From assembly GCA_038043185.1 (NCBI GenBank), contig JBBTCO010000003.1, positions 1,484 to 65,483 of the forward strand: DNA of 64,000 nt, written 5' to 3'. The notes beneath the pieces are model-generated. The model was not told the origin of the DNA and searched no databases. It saw only the letters and a program-made list of their open reading frames with translations. Position numbers and translations under genes: made by a program. The stretch is from Bdellovibrionota bacterium. Lineage in GTDB: Bacteria > Bdellovibrionota > Bdellovibrionia > Bdellovibrionales > Bdellovibrionaceae. This document shows, piece after piece, positions 1 through 9,247 of the stretch (positions within the stretch are counted from its first letter, which is position 1; each line of letters opens with the position of its first letter).

Positions 1-3000
1 GGCGAGATCGCCGAAGCTTTTCTTAAAGAAGGTCCTGATGTTGCATTGGAAAAAATTAGAAATTTAAAGAATATTTTTAATGATCGTTTGTATCTTGAAA
101 TGAATCGAACTGGACTTCCGGCATGGAAAAAACTCAATGAATTTATTCTTGAGGCTTCAAAAATATTATCGGTTCCTGTTGTCGCAACAAATGACGTTCA
201 TTATGTGACACCGGATGATCAAATCGCACAAGAAGTTTTAATTTGTATTGGTACAAACAAAACCTTACAGGATGAATCTCGGTTTCGTTTGGGAACGAGC
301 GAATTTTATTTTAAAACCGCCGAAGAAATGACAGCCCTTTTTAAGGATGTTCCGGAAGCAATTAGCAACACTTTGGAAATTGCCAATCGTTGCGATGTCA
401 AATTTAAGATGAAAGATGAAAATGGAAAACCCATTTACCATCTTCCTTCTTTCCCCACTGAACTTGGAGCTACTCTTAAAGATGAAATTGCACAGCGAGC
501 TCGCCTTGGGCTTGAACAAAGACTGGAAGAATCTTTGTCACGACAGGAACCTATTCCCGAAGATAAAATTCCCGTTTATCATGAACGCTTGAATTTCGAA
601 CTTTCTGTTATTGATCGCATGGGCTTCAATGGTTATTTTTTAATTGTTCAAGATTTTATAAATTGGGCAAAAAACAATGATATTCCTGTGGGCCCTGGTC
701 GAGGATCGGGAGCTGGTTCATTAGTTGCCTACAGTCTTCGCATCACTGATCTTGATCCTATTCCTCACTTTTTACTCTTCGAGCGTTTCTTAAATCCAGA
801 ACGTATTTCGATGCCCGATTTCGATATCGATTTTTGTCAGGATCGTCGGCAAGAAGTCATTCAGTACGTAACCGAAAAATACGGTGCGGCTTCGGTTTCT
901 CAAATTATCACTTATGGAAAACTACAAACTCGTGCCGCACTTAAAGATGTCGGACGAGTTTTGGGAATGACTTTTCCCGAAGTCGATGTCGTCAGCAAAT
1001 TAATTCCCGACAAATTAGGTATAACTCTTAAAGAGTCTCTCGAGATGGAGCCGCGAATTCGCGAAATGATGGAATCCGATCCACAAATTGCAACACTCTT
1101 GGATCTCGCTCAAAGGGTGGAAGGCCTGGTTCGTCATGCAGGAATTCATGCCGCAGGAGTCATCATTGCCGATGGTGAGCTAATCAAACATGCTCCTCTT
1201 TATAAAGGGGCCGAAGGCGAAAATGTTGTTCAATACGACATGAAACATGCCGAAAAAATTGGTTTGATTAAGTTCGACTTTTTGGGATTAAAAACTTTGA
1301 CTCATATCAATCATGCGCTTCATATGATCGAAGCCAATCGTGGAAAAAAAATCGCCGCAAAAGATATTCCGATCAACGATCCAGGGATTTACGAATTAAT
1401 GTCGAGAGGAGACACTGCCGGAGTCTTTCAATTTGAGGGTGACGGCATCACCGACGCGACAAAAAAAATTAAACCTACAGGTTTTGCAGATATAACCGCA
1501 ATTACCTCTTTGTATCGTCCTGGTCCGATGGCGAACATTCCGGATTTTACTAAAAGAAAAAATGGTGAGAACCCAGTTGAGTATTTGATCGACGACACTA
1601 AAGAAATTTTACAAGAGACCTTTGGAATCATGGTTTACCAAGAGCAAGTTATGGGAATTGCTTCAAAGATTGCCGGTTACAGTCTTGGAGAAGCAGATAT
1701 GCTTCGTCGGGCCATGGGTAAAAAGATTAAATCCGAGATGGATCAACATCGTGAAAGATTTAAAAAAGGCGCTCAGATCCACGGTCACGATCCAAAAAAA
1801 TCAGATGAGTTGTTTGATCTGATGTATAAATTCGCTGATTATGGTTTTAATAAGTCCCATGCCGCCGCTTATTGCGTGATTACGGCTCAAACAGCTTGGA
1901 TAAAAAATTATTATCCTGCCGAATTTTTTGCGGCTTTGCTGTCGACCGAGATCAGTGACATGGATAAAGTTGTTAAATACGTTAAAGATGCGCAGAAGCG
2001 CGGACTTAAAATTTTGCCTCCACATGTGAATGTTTCCAATTATCTTTTTACCGTCAAAGCAGATGACGTTTATTTCGGTCTTGGAGCCATTAAGGGTGTG
2101 GGACAAGCCGCAGTGGACGCAATTATTGAAGCGCGGGAAGCTCAGCCAGACAAAAAATTTAACACTCTTGAAGATTTTTTTAATTCCTTGGATTTACGTC
2201 GCGTTAACAAAAAAGTCATCGAGTGTTTAATCAAAGCCGGCGCTCTGGATGGATTTAACGCTCATCGGGCGCAATTGATCGGTGGGTATCAAGCCTTTCT
2301 TGACCGCGCTCTGGGGATCAACAAAGACCGATTGTCAGGACAAACTTCTTTGTTTGATTTAGACCCTTCAGAAGTACCTGAAGTTAAATTATCCGAATGT
2401 AAACCTTGGGCAAGAACCGCTTCCTTGGCTTTTGAAAAAGAAGTTTTGGGCTTTTATTTGAGCGACCATCCTTTGAAAGGCTATGAAAGAATAGCACAAA
2501 TATGGACTTCGGGAATGACCAGTGATTTGGCTCGTCTCGCGCAAGAATCACCGTCCTTGGCCTCTTCACCTAATCCAAACCCCTATGAACGAAGAAAAGA
2601 TCAAAAACGTCGAGTCATTCTTGTTGGTTTAATTACCGAACTGAAAGAACTGATCACTAAAAAAGGGACTCGAATGGCTTTTGCCAAGATCGAAGACCTA
2701 GCCGGAAGTTGTGAGTTGGTGATTTTTCCAGATACTTTTGCAAAATATGAAGCTCTTTGTCGGGAAGAAGGACCGGTCTTGATCGCTGGTCTCTTGGAGT
2801 CTGGCGAAGGAAATATTAAAATTATGGTCGATAGTATTTCAACTATGGATGAGGTTTTAAAGAAAACCAAAAGAGTCGTGATGCGATTGGACCGTGTCCA
2901 AGTCGACGAATATGAAAAGTTAAATTCCATATTGCAGGGTCACCCGGGGAGTACATTGGTGGATTTTGAAATTCTTCTTCCAGATGGGAAGCAAAAAGTG

Positions 3001-3108
3001 AAAATGGATTTAGAAAAACCTTTATCGGTACAGATGAGCAATGATTTTTTTGAGTCTGTTCAAACGGAGCTCGGACGCACCGATTTTATCGAATTGAGGC
3101 CCTCGTGA
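1..3108 (+). CDS. dnaE: DNA polymerase III alpha subunit, 5'-truncated by the window edge
   Basis: Frame 1 is open from nt 1, and the listed M at 46 is an internal TTG. Motifs: GPGRGSGAGSLVAYSLRITDLDP, MPDFDIDF, FDFLGLKTLT, YRPGPM, FNKSHAAAYC. There is a C-terminal OB-like region. About 150 N-terminal residues are missing. Confidence 0.95.
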   Translation, partial: GEIAEAFLKEGPDVALEKIRNLKNIFNDRLYLEMNRTGLPAWKKLNEFILEASKILSVPVVATNDVHYVTPDDQIAQEVLICIGTNKTLQDESRFRLGTSEFYFKTAEEMTALFKDVPEAISNTLEIANRCDVKFKMKDENGKPIYHLPSFPTELGATLKDEIAQRARLGLEQRLEESLSRQEPIPEDKIPVYHERLNFELSVIDRMGFNGYFLIVQDFINWAKNNDIPVGPGRGSGAGSLVAYSLRITDLDPIPHFLLFERFLNPERISMPDFDIDFCQDRRQEVIQYVTEKYGAASVSQIITYGKLQTRAALKDVGRVLGMTFPEVDVVSKLIPDKLGITLKESLEMEPRIREMMESDPQIATLLDLAQRVEGLVRHAGIHAAGVIIADGELIKHAPLYKGAEGENVVQYDMKHAEKIGLIKFDFLGLKTLTHINHALHMIEANRGKKIAAKDIPINDPGIYELMSRGDTAGVFQFEGDGITDATKKIKPTGFADITAITSLYRPGPMANIPDFTKRKNGENPVEYLIDDTKEILQETFGIMVYQEQVMGIASKIAGYSLGEADMLRRAMGKKIKSEMDQHRERFKKGAQIHGHDPKKSDELFDLMYKFADYGFNKSHAAAYCVITAQTAWIKNYYPAEFFAALLSTEISDMDKVVKYVKDAQKRGLKILPPHVNVSNYLFTVKADDVYFGLGAIKGVGQAAVDAIIEAREAQPDKKFNTLEDFFNSLDLRRVNKKVIECLIKAGALDGFNAHRAQLIGGYQAFLDRALGINKDRLSGQTSLFDLDPSEVPEVKLSECKPWARTASLAFEKEVLGFYLSDHPLKGYERIAQIWTSGMTSDLARLAQESPSLASSPNPNPYERRKDQKRRVILVGLITELKELITKKGTRMAFAKIEDLAGSCELVIFPDTFAKYEALCREEGPVLIAGLLESGEGNIKIMVDSISTMDEVLKKTKRVVMRLDRVQVDEYEKLNSILQGHPGSTLVDFEILLPDGKQKVKMDLEKPLSVQMSNDFFESVQTELGRTDFIELRPS

Positions 3109-4292
3109 TAAACAAGATATTTTTTTTAGTTACTTTATTTTTCTTTGTGGGGACAAATTTAGTACAGGCTCAAGAAATTGTTAACTTAGTTGAAAAATCA
3201 ATCACCGGAGATTCGGATGATCCCAGTGAAGTTGTCGCAAAAAAAGAAATTCAAGAAGAAGCTATTAATAAGGTTACCGAAGAAATTCTAAAAGATCTTA
3301 TTGGTTCCGAACGAGTGAGTAAAAACAATGCCTTAATTCAAAATAAAATCTACCGTCAATGGACAAAATACATCCCTTACATAAAAAATAACGAAATCAT
3401 TTTAAAAGATAAAAAATTTCATATGACGGTACAGATGAAATTATCAGTATCAAATTTGCGTTCACTACTGAAGTTGCAAGGTTTGTTAATTGAAGACTCA
3501 ACCACGCCAATTTTTATTCCTCTGGTGACTTTTGTTGACCGAGTGAATGCTCAACAGTACCAATGGTGGAGAGCCGAAGTTTATAAAAATTCGACATTTC
3601 TAAATTTACAAAATCAAAAATTTGAAAAAACTTTGGGCCAAGCCTTTTTTAAAAGCGGTTTGAATCTGATTGAACCCAGCTCTCAAAAATTACATGAGCA
3701 GATTCCCTTTGCTTTTCAAAATGAAAACTGGACCCTTGAAGACGATCAATTTTTAGCACTCTATTTCCTGTCAAATGTTGTGTTGGATGGACAAGTGGTC
3801 ATTGAAAAACATCCTGATTTACGTGATGTTTATAAAATTGATTTTAAAATCGCAGCGATTCAAGTCAACAATGGACGGTCTCTGGCAGAACTGCAACGGC
3901 GAGTGGATACTGAAAAAGGTTCATATAATATGGTTGTTGAAAAGAAGATGAATGAGTTACTTGAAACTCTTATGGCGGATCTGTCTACTCAAGTTTTTGA
4001 TGTTTGGCAAAGAGGTTCTATTGGCGCTACTTTAATCCGTTTATCCTTGAAGGGAAAACTAAGCCCATTAAATCAAGAAGCCTTAAAGGAAAAGCTTAAA
4101 TCCAATATCACTCAGATTAAAAATATCAAAGAACGTTTGATTTCGACAGATATGCTCGTTTATGAAATTGACACCACTTCAAATCCAAAAGAGTTGTCGC
4201 AAAAGATACAGGATTTAAAAATTCCAGGCTTTCAACTGCAAAAACTCAACGACACTGACAAAGAGATCGCATTTCAAATTTTAGGGGGCTAA
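3105..4292 (+). CDS. secreted protein of unknown function, with signal peptide
   Basis: GTG start overlaps the dnaE stop (GTGA). The N-terminus MINKIFFLVTLFFFVGTNLVQA-QE looks like a Sec signal. Long uninterrupted ORF of 395 aa. No motif I can name with certainty. Confidence 0.6.
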   Translation: MINKIFFLVTLFFFVGTNLVQAQEIVNLVEKSITGDSDDPSEVVAKKEIQEEAINKVTEEILKDLIGSERVSKNNALIQNKIYRQWTKYIPYIKNNEIILKDKKFHMTVQMKLSVSNLRSLLKLQGLLIEDSTTPIFIPLVTFVDRVNAQQYQWWRAEVYKNSTFLNLQNQKFEKTLGQAFFKSGLNLIEPSSQKLHEQIPFAFQNENWTLEDDQFLALYFLSNVVLDGQVVIEKHPDLRDVYKIDFKIAAIQVNNGRSLAELQRRVDTEKGSYNMVVEKKMNELLETLMADLSTQVFDVWQRGSIGATLIRLSLKGKLSPLNQEALKEKLKSNITQIKNIKERLISTDMLVYEIDTTSNPKELSQKIQDLKIPGFQLQKLNDTDKEIAFQILGG

Positions 4293-4295
4293 AAG

Positions 4296-5225
4296 ATGTA
4301 TTCAAAATTATTTTTATTTTTTATTATTTGTTCAGCTTTAGGCTGTTCACTATTTGAAACAAAACAAAACCTTCCCCGAAAAGAAATTAAAGATTGGAAT
4401 CCTTCTAAAGCCGTTGACACAGGTTCTCCGCGAAAACGTTTGGCTCTTTTGCCTTTCCTTGACAAGAACCCCAATCATCCTACTGATTTCAAAGAATCGT
4501 CTCGCCGCGCTCTGATGCTTGATCTTAATAAGTCAGGTAATCTTATAGCAATGTCAGCCGACGAATTTAATTTGGATCTTACCAAAAAATTAGCTGATGG
4601 AACCTACGATATGAAAGAACTGACTAAACAAACAAAAGATACCGGCGTGTCCGCATTTCTGGTTGGCCAAATTGTCGCTGTTCGAATTGAATCCAAAGCT
4701 GGGCAAATCGGTATTATTCGCAAATTAAAAACAGGAATTGAAGTGGATGTGCAAGTCAAAGTGGCTTCCATTCGTGGTGGCAAAGAAATATTCAATACTG
4801 TTAAGACCGTTCGCATGGAAGATGAAAATGTACGCGTCGCTGAAAGAGTCGATACCGATAGATTCGTCAAAGCAAATACGGAATTAATCCAAGTGATGAT
4901 CAAAGATGCCTTTTTAGAATTTACTTCACAAATTATTGCTTCTCTTGATCGCATCACCTGGGAAGGCCGTATTGCTGCTGTTCAAGGCGACCGTCTCTTT
5001 TTAAATGTGGGAAGAATCTCGGGACTTCAAGTGGGTGACCTTCTTAAAGTCTCAGAAGATGGTGATGATATTTACGATCCTGATTCGGGAGTTCATATCG
5101 GAAAGAGTCCGGGTCGCTTAAAGGGAACTTTAGAAATCATTAGTTATTTCGGCACGGATGGTTCTATTGCAGTTATTCATTCGGGAGCTGGTTTTAAAGA
5201 GAATGACAAAGTGGAAGTTTACTAG
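4296..5225 (+). CDS. probable lipoprotein of unknown function
   Basis: N-terminus MYSKLFLFFIICSALGC has a probable lipobox. The C-terminal segment (GRIAAVQGDRLFLNVGRISGLQVGDLLKV...GTLEIISY...AVIHSG..FKENDKVEV) resembles the small beta-barrel found at the C-termini of FlgT/CsgG-associated periplasmic lipoproteins; this is a recollection and was not searched. Confidence 0.6.
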   Translation: MYSKLFLFFIICSALGCSLFETKQNLPRKEIKDWNPSKAVDTGSPRKRLALLPFLDKNPNHPTDFKESSRRALMLDLNKSGNLIAMSADEFNLDLTKKLADGTYDMKELTKQTKDTGVSAFLVGQIVAVRIESKAGQIGIIRKLKTGIEVDVQVKVASIRGGKEIFNTVKTVRMEDENVRVAERVDTDRFVKANTELIQVMIKDAFLEFTSQIIASLDRITWEGRIAAVQGDRLFLNVGRISGLQVGDLLKVSEDGDDIYDPDSGVHIGKSPGRLKGTLEIISYFGTDGSIAVIHSGAGFKENDKVEVY

Positions 5226-5866
5226 TGCGATTGATTTGGTGGGGCCAGCAGAATTATGAAAAAATTCAACAACTTCAAAAAGAAAAGGTTGTTGAATTGG
5301 CTGGTCAACAACAGGTGGAAATTTGGGGTCTTGAGTTTGAACCCACGGTCACTTTGGGTCTACGGGGTCGTCGCGAACAAGATTTAAAAATTTGCAATGA
5401 CCAACAATTCCAAGTTTTACAAACGGATCGGGGAGGCCGGGCCACACTTCATTCCCCAGGGCAGTTGGTGATTTTTCCAATGCTTGATCTCAAAAGCTAT
5501 AAAATAGGTGTGCAAAATTTTGTCGAACTTTTGTTTCGCACAACTCAAAGCTGTTTAAAAAAGTACTCAGTCGAATCGCACTGGAAAACCTCTGAAGCGG
5601 GGGTTTACACGTCTTTGGGAAAAATTGCTTTCTGTGGTTTAAAAATCGATTCTGGAGTCGTTCGCCATGGTCTTTCCATCAACATTAGCAATGACCTGAA
5701 GCTATTCGATTCCTTGGTGCCCTGTGGAAACTCAGCACTTTCCTTGGATCGTCTGATCGATCATTGCAACGACCAAGCTTCCCATTCGCTTGTTTCGCCA
5801 GAATTATTTTTGCAGGATTGGTTCGAATGTTTTAGTGATGAATGGAAAAGAGTGAGTTTTTCTTGA
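5225..5866 (+). CDS. lipB: octanoyltransferase (lipoyl(octanoyl) transferase)
   Basis: GTG start overlaps the previous stop (TAGTG). Motifs: RGGRATLHSPGQLVIFPMLDL and FCGLKIDSGVVRHGLSINISNDL...LVPCG, typical of LipB. Confidence 0.85.
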   Translation: MRLIWWGQQNYEKIQQLQKEKVVELAGQQQVEIWGLEFEPTVTLGLRGRREQDLKICNDQQFQVLQTDRGGRATLHSPGQLVIFPMLDLKSYKIGVQNFVELLFRTTQSCLKKYSVESHWKTSEAGVYTSLGKIAFCGLKIDSGVVRHGLSINISNDLKLFDSLVPCGNSALSLDRLIDHCNDQASHSLVSPELFLQDWFECFSDEWKRVSFS

Positions 5867-5909
5867 ACTGAGAGTATGGGTTTGCTATACAAAGTAGAAA
5901 TATCTACGC

Positions 5910-5985
5910 GCGATCTTAGCTCAGTTGGTAGAGTACTTGCATGACATGCAAGGTGTCACAGGTTCGAGTCCTGTAGATCGCACCA
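5910..5985 (+). tRNA. tRNA-Val, anticodon GAC
   Basis: Hand-folded 76-nt cloverleaf. Acceptor GCGATCT/AGATCGC. D arm GCTC-AGTTGGTA-GAGT. Anticodon stem CTTGC/GCAAG with loop ATGACAT (anticodon GAC). T arm ACAGG-TTCGAGT-CCTGT. Discriminator A and an encoded CCA. Confidence 0.92.
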
Positions 5986-6014
5986 ATCTTTCTTAAAAGA
6001 CAGAATGCAGACTT

Positions 6015-6083
6015 CAGAATTCGGTACAGTATTCAGAATACAGTTAACAGTATTCTGAATACTGATCTGTATACTGAATTCTG
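6015..6083. terminator. nested hairpin, probable bidirectional terminator between tRNA-Val and the convergent nuclease gene
   Basis: Perfect 15-bp inverted repeat CAGTATTCAGAATAC (6027-6041) / GTATTCTGAATACTG (6050-6064) with an 8-nt loop. An outer 8-bp pair CAGAATTC (6015-6022) / GAATTCTG (6076-6083) encloses it. T-rich tracts follow on both strands. Confidence 0.55.
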
Positions 6084-6086
6084 TAT

Positions 6087-7145
6087 TTATTTTCCGTGAG
6101 CTTCAGGCAATATAATTTCCGTCGATATATCCACAACTACAGGATAATGATCCGATGGAATCATATTAATAAGTTCAGGCGGTGTGTCCATGGGCAAAGG
6201 CCCGTTTCTACCATTTATCTTATAAGGATAAACAAAAGCTTGTTTTACAAAAGGAGCTAGGGAAGGACTCATCATAATAGCATCTACTTGCCGCAGAACT
6301 CTTCGCCCCTCTTTTCCAAGGAAATAACTTGTAGCTCTTCTAGAAAAAGGAACATTAGCGATATCAAAAGCTTCTTTCAATTGATTTAATAGCGGTTGTA
6401 CTTCTGAACCAGGTTTAATGGTTGCATTAAAATCTCCACCCAAAATTAGAGGAACATTTTCGCCAAATTCCTTTTTAAGAGATATAATAATTTTTTCCAT
6501 AGCCGACATTTCAGCGCGTTTTAATGATGCTGAATTTGGATCATTTTTTCTACTTGCTTTGGAATGACCATGGGCTCCTAACGCAATCATAAAGGGTTGT
6601 TTTTCATTCTTACGTCGAAAAATCAAAGCTGGGAAATCTCGTGTAAAAAGAATTTCTTCCTGGTTATTATTCGATGGATTTTTCCATTTCATGTCTCGAT
6701 GAGTTCTTGTCTCTACGTCAACAGGAATGTCTTCTTTAATTAAAAATCCAATTTGCCTTTGGTCATTGCCTTCAAATAAAAAATGAGTCCATTGATTTTT
6801 TAATTTTGCGCTGGCAAGATACTCCATAGAAACTTGATTTACTTCTAGAAGGATCACAAGATCAGGCTGGGTATCCTTGATTAATTCAGGAATAGCATCA
6901 ACCATTGCTTCGACTGTATCTGAAATCGGAAGTGCTTCATTTGGCTTCTGTTCGATATTCTTTAAGTGTTTTTTTACTTTTAAAAAGTAATCTTCCGCAT
7001 TCAACGACATAAACCTCATGCTTTTAATTTTATTTAGTTCTCGATAATTATAAAAAACTTTAGAACAAGATTGAGCATAAGTAATAGAATCGCTAAATAA
7101 AATACCAGCCAATAAACCGATGCTAATTAAAATAAATTTTTTCAT
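6087..7145 (-). CDS. secreted endonuclease/exonuclease/phosphatase (EEP) family protein
   Basis: Signal peptide MKKFILISIGLLAGILFSDSITYA-Q. EEP motifs in order: MSLNAEDYF, LVILLEV, ILGGDFNA, PSDHYPVVVDI. The start overlaps the stop of the upstream gene (ATGA). Confidence 0.85.
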   Translation of the reverse strand: MKKFILISIGLLAGILFSDSITYAQSCSKVFYNYRELNKIKSMRFMSLNAEDYFLKVKKHLKNIEQKPNEALPISDTVEAMVDAIPELIKDTQPDLVILLEVNQVSMEYLASAKLKNQWTHFLFEGNDQRQIGFLIKEDIPVDVETRTHRDMKWKNPSNNNQEEILFTRDFPALIFRRKNEKQPFMIALGAHGHSKASRKNDPNSASLKRAEMSAMEKIIISLKKEFGENVPLILGGDFNATIKPGSEVQPLLNQLKEAFDIANVPFSRRATSYFLGKEGRRVLRQVDAIMMSPSLAPFVKQAFVYPYKINGRNGPLPMDTPPELINMIPSDHYPVVVDISTEIILPEAHGK

Positions 7146-9247
7146 GGTCTTAAATAGTTACCTATTCTAGTAAAAATGTAGTTTTTAAGATCATTTTCTA
7201 ATGGAGTCGTCCGTAAACGAGCCATAGCCACAGTTGATCCATTAGAGATTTTATAAACAACCAAAGGAACAAGCTCTTCAACATGACTTTGAATTGGTGA
7301 ACGAATTTTAACATTGAATTCCATTTTATATTCGTCACGTGGAAAATCATGGAGCAAATAACCAGCTAACATTACAGTTTCTGCATCGCTGATTGTTTTT
7401 TGAACAAAGCCATCTTGTTCAGCTATTTCTTTGCCTTTTTGAAATGCGGCAAGTAGATCAGGATTTTTTGTAGCCGTCCCTGAACCTGAAATCAAACTTA
7501 AAACCTCATTACGAGTGGCAATGAAAGAAGAGCAGGGACCAGGTTTACAAGAAGCTAAATTAGCGTCAGAAGAAACAAAATCCATTAATAAAACTTCATT
7601 TGCGAAAAAACCAGCGTCGACGCTTTTACCCTTGCGAGTTGTTGCCACAACAGGAAAAGATTCGGGCAAAATACCCAATTGCGGAATTGATGGAAATTGA
7701 ACACTGGCTTGGTTTAAGCTTCTTGCTCCTTTATAATGAAGAGCTAAATAATTAAAATATTCTTTCTTTGCTTTTTGTAATTCTAAATTCACCAAGCCAA
7801 CGTCTTTCGCTGAAAGTGACGGGCCACCTCGAGCTTTTGATTTGTGATAATTTTCCCATGATTTTGATAGAGCTTGAAACCTTGTCTGAAGTTGATTCAA
7901 CTTGGGATCCAAAGAAATCTGGCGAGCATATTCTTCAGGAGTTACAGCCTGACTTAATGTTTTTAAATAGGGCTCAGTCCCTTTTGCTAGAATTAAATCA
8001 TCAATTCCTACTTTAGCTCCATCAAAAGCATCAGGAAGGATCCCGACTTTAACCTGACTGAATCCAGCCTGTTTTATTTGTTGCGCAATAATATAAGCGG
8101 CTCTTTGGCTATCTGTAATACCATCCGTTCGCATTAAACCTTTACCGCGAGGATCACGATCCAATACAACTATAACTTCCTTGGGTTTGGCTTGAACAAT
8201 GGCTTTTGCTAAATTGTTATCAAATTGAGTGATCCCAGGGATTCCTAAAGTTAAAATTCCAGTCGTTTGATTTGCTACTAAACATTTAAATTCACCCTCA
8301 GTGATTACAATTGTTTTTCCTTCAGCTTTATTTAAATTCCAAGCATTATAAAGAGTTTCATTCGGAGCGTATTCTCGATCAATCGAGCGATCCATTTGCC
8401 ATCCGATATATTTTTTTCCGTCATCTCGTTTTTCAATGTTACGAGTTCTCCAAATGGGGATCCCGGACTGATTATTTGATGAAAAGTAAGGGATCTTGAT
8501 CGATTCTTCCTTAGGGATGTCATAAAAGGGTCGACCAGACTCATCGAATTTCATTAAACCCCATCCAGCGTCGCGCATTTGTGCCAAAGAATAACCGTTA
8601 GAGTTGGCCCACTGCTGAATAGAAATAATATTTTCACTGTAATAAGCTAAGCGTGCGACATCTTCCAAGCCTTCGGGCCAATTTCTTTTTTGAGCGAATT
8701 CTTTCAACTTTTTTTGGGCTTCTGGATTTTTCCTGAGATCAGATATCAATTTATTATTAATTTCTTCGATGACTTTCAATTCCTCAATGCTAAGCGCTCT
8801 TCCAAAAATATGAGAACGCAGCTCTGTAAGCAATTCCTTAGAGCCAACTCCTATCTCAAGAATCTTACCATTTTCACCGACGGCAATATAATTCACGTTA
8901 GCCAAACGACGAAAATTTTCCTTCTGATAGCCAAAATCAATTTTTTTATAAATTTGTGTTCCTGAAGGCAAAGCTATCGTGGGGGAGTGACTGATTGAAA
9001 AGATCGTATCTTCATAGGCTTTCGCCTGAGTAGGAAAGCTTAAGTTTAACTGTCTTAAGTGAGAGGGGGGTCTAAATTGAAATGGCTGTTTAAGTCTTAA
9101 ATCCGTTGAATTTCTTAATGAAAGAACTGTTTGTTGCCAGGACTCGTGCTCGTTTAAAAAAACTTTATCGCAACTCAAATCCCCCTTTGCAGAAAGGATT
9201 GGCAGTAAGAATAAAAATAAGAGGAGTGAAAAGCTTTTGTTCAACAT
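7142..9247 (-). CDS. large signal-peptide protein with a central Toprim-like domain
   Basis: N-terminus MLNKSFSLLLFLFLLPILSA-KG. The central region has TIVITEGEFKC (conserved Glu), VIVVLDRDPRG (DxD) and GIDDLIL, the arrangement seen in Toprim domains of plasmid/phage primase-like proteins (DUF3854-like, from memory). The rest has no recognisable motif. Confidence 0.65.
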   Translation of the reverse strand: MLNKSFSLLLFLFLLPILSAKGDLSCDKVFLNEHESWQQTVLSLRNSTDLRLKQPFQFRPPSHLRQLNLSFPTQAKAYEDTIFSISHSPTIALPSGTQIYKKIDFGYQKENFRRLANVNYIAVGENGKILEIGVGSKELLTELRSHIFGRALSIEELKVIEEINNKLISDLRKNPEAQKKLKEFAQKRNWPEGLEDVARLAYYSENIISIQQWANSNGYSLAQMRDAGWGLMKFDESGRPFYDIPKEESIKIPYFSSNNQSGIPIWRTRNIEKRDDGKKYIGWQMDRSIDREYAPNETLYNAWNLNKAEGKTIVITEGEFKCLVANQTTGILTLGIPGITQFDNNLAKAIVQAKPKEVIVVLDRDPRGKGLMRTDGITDSQRAAYIIAQQIKQAGFSQVKVGILPDAFDGAKVGIDDLILAKGTEPYLKTLSQAVTPEEYARQISLDPKLNQLQTRFQALSKSWENYHKSKARGGPSLSAKDVGLVNLELQKAKKEYFNYLALHYKGARSLNQASVQFPSIPQLGILPESFPVVATTRKGKSVDAGFFANEVLLMDFVSSDANLASCKPGPCSSFIATRNEVLSLISGSGTATKNPDLLAAFQKGKEIAEQDGFVQKTISDAETVMLAGYLLHDFPRDEYKMEFNVKIRSPIQSHVEELVPLVVYKISNGSTVAMARLRTTPLENDLKNYIFTRIGNYLRP

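Noticed and set aside
265-2930. Seven short ORFs inside the dnaE gene, on either strand (265..519, 1428..1631, 1622..1822, 1801..2106, 2030..2230, 2384..2569, 2601..2930)
   Set aside because: All are nested in or antisense to the strongly supported dnaE frame. The same reasoning applies to nested ORFs inside kup (44684..45118), fabF, glyA, nrdA, trpS and other genes.
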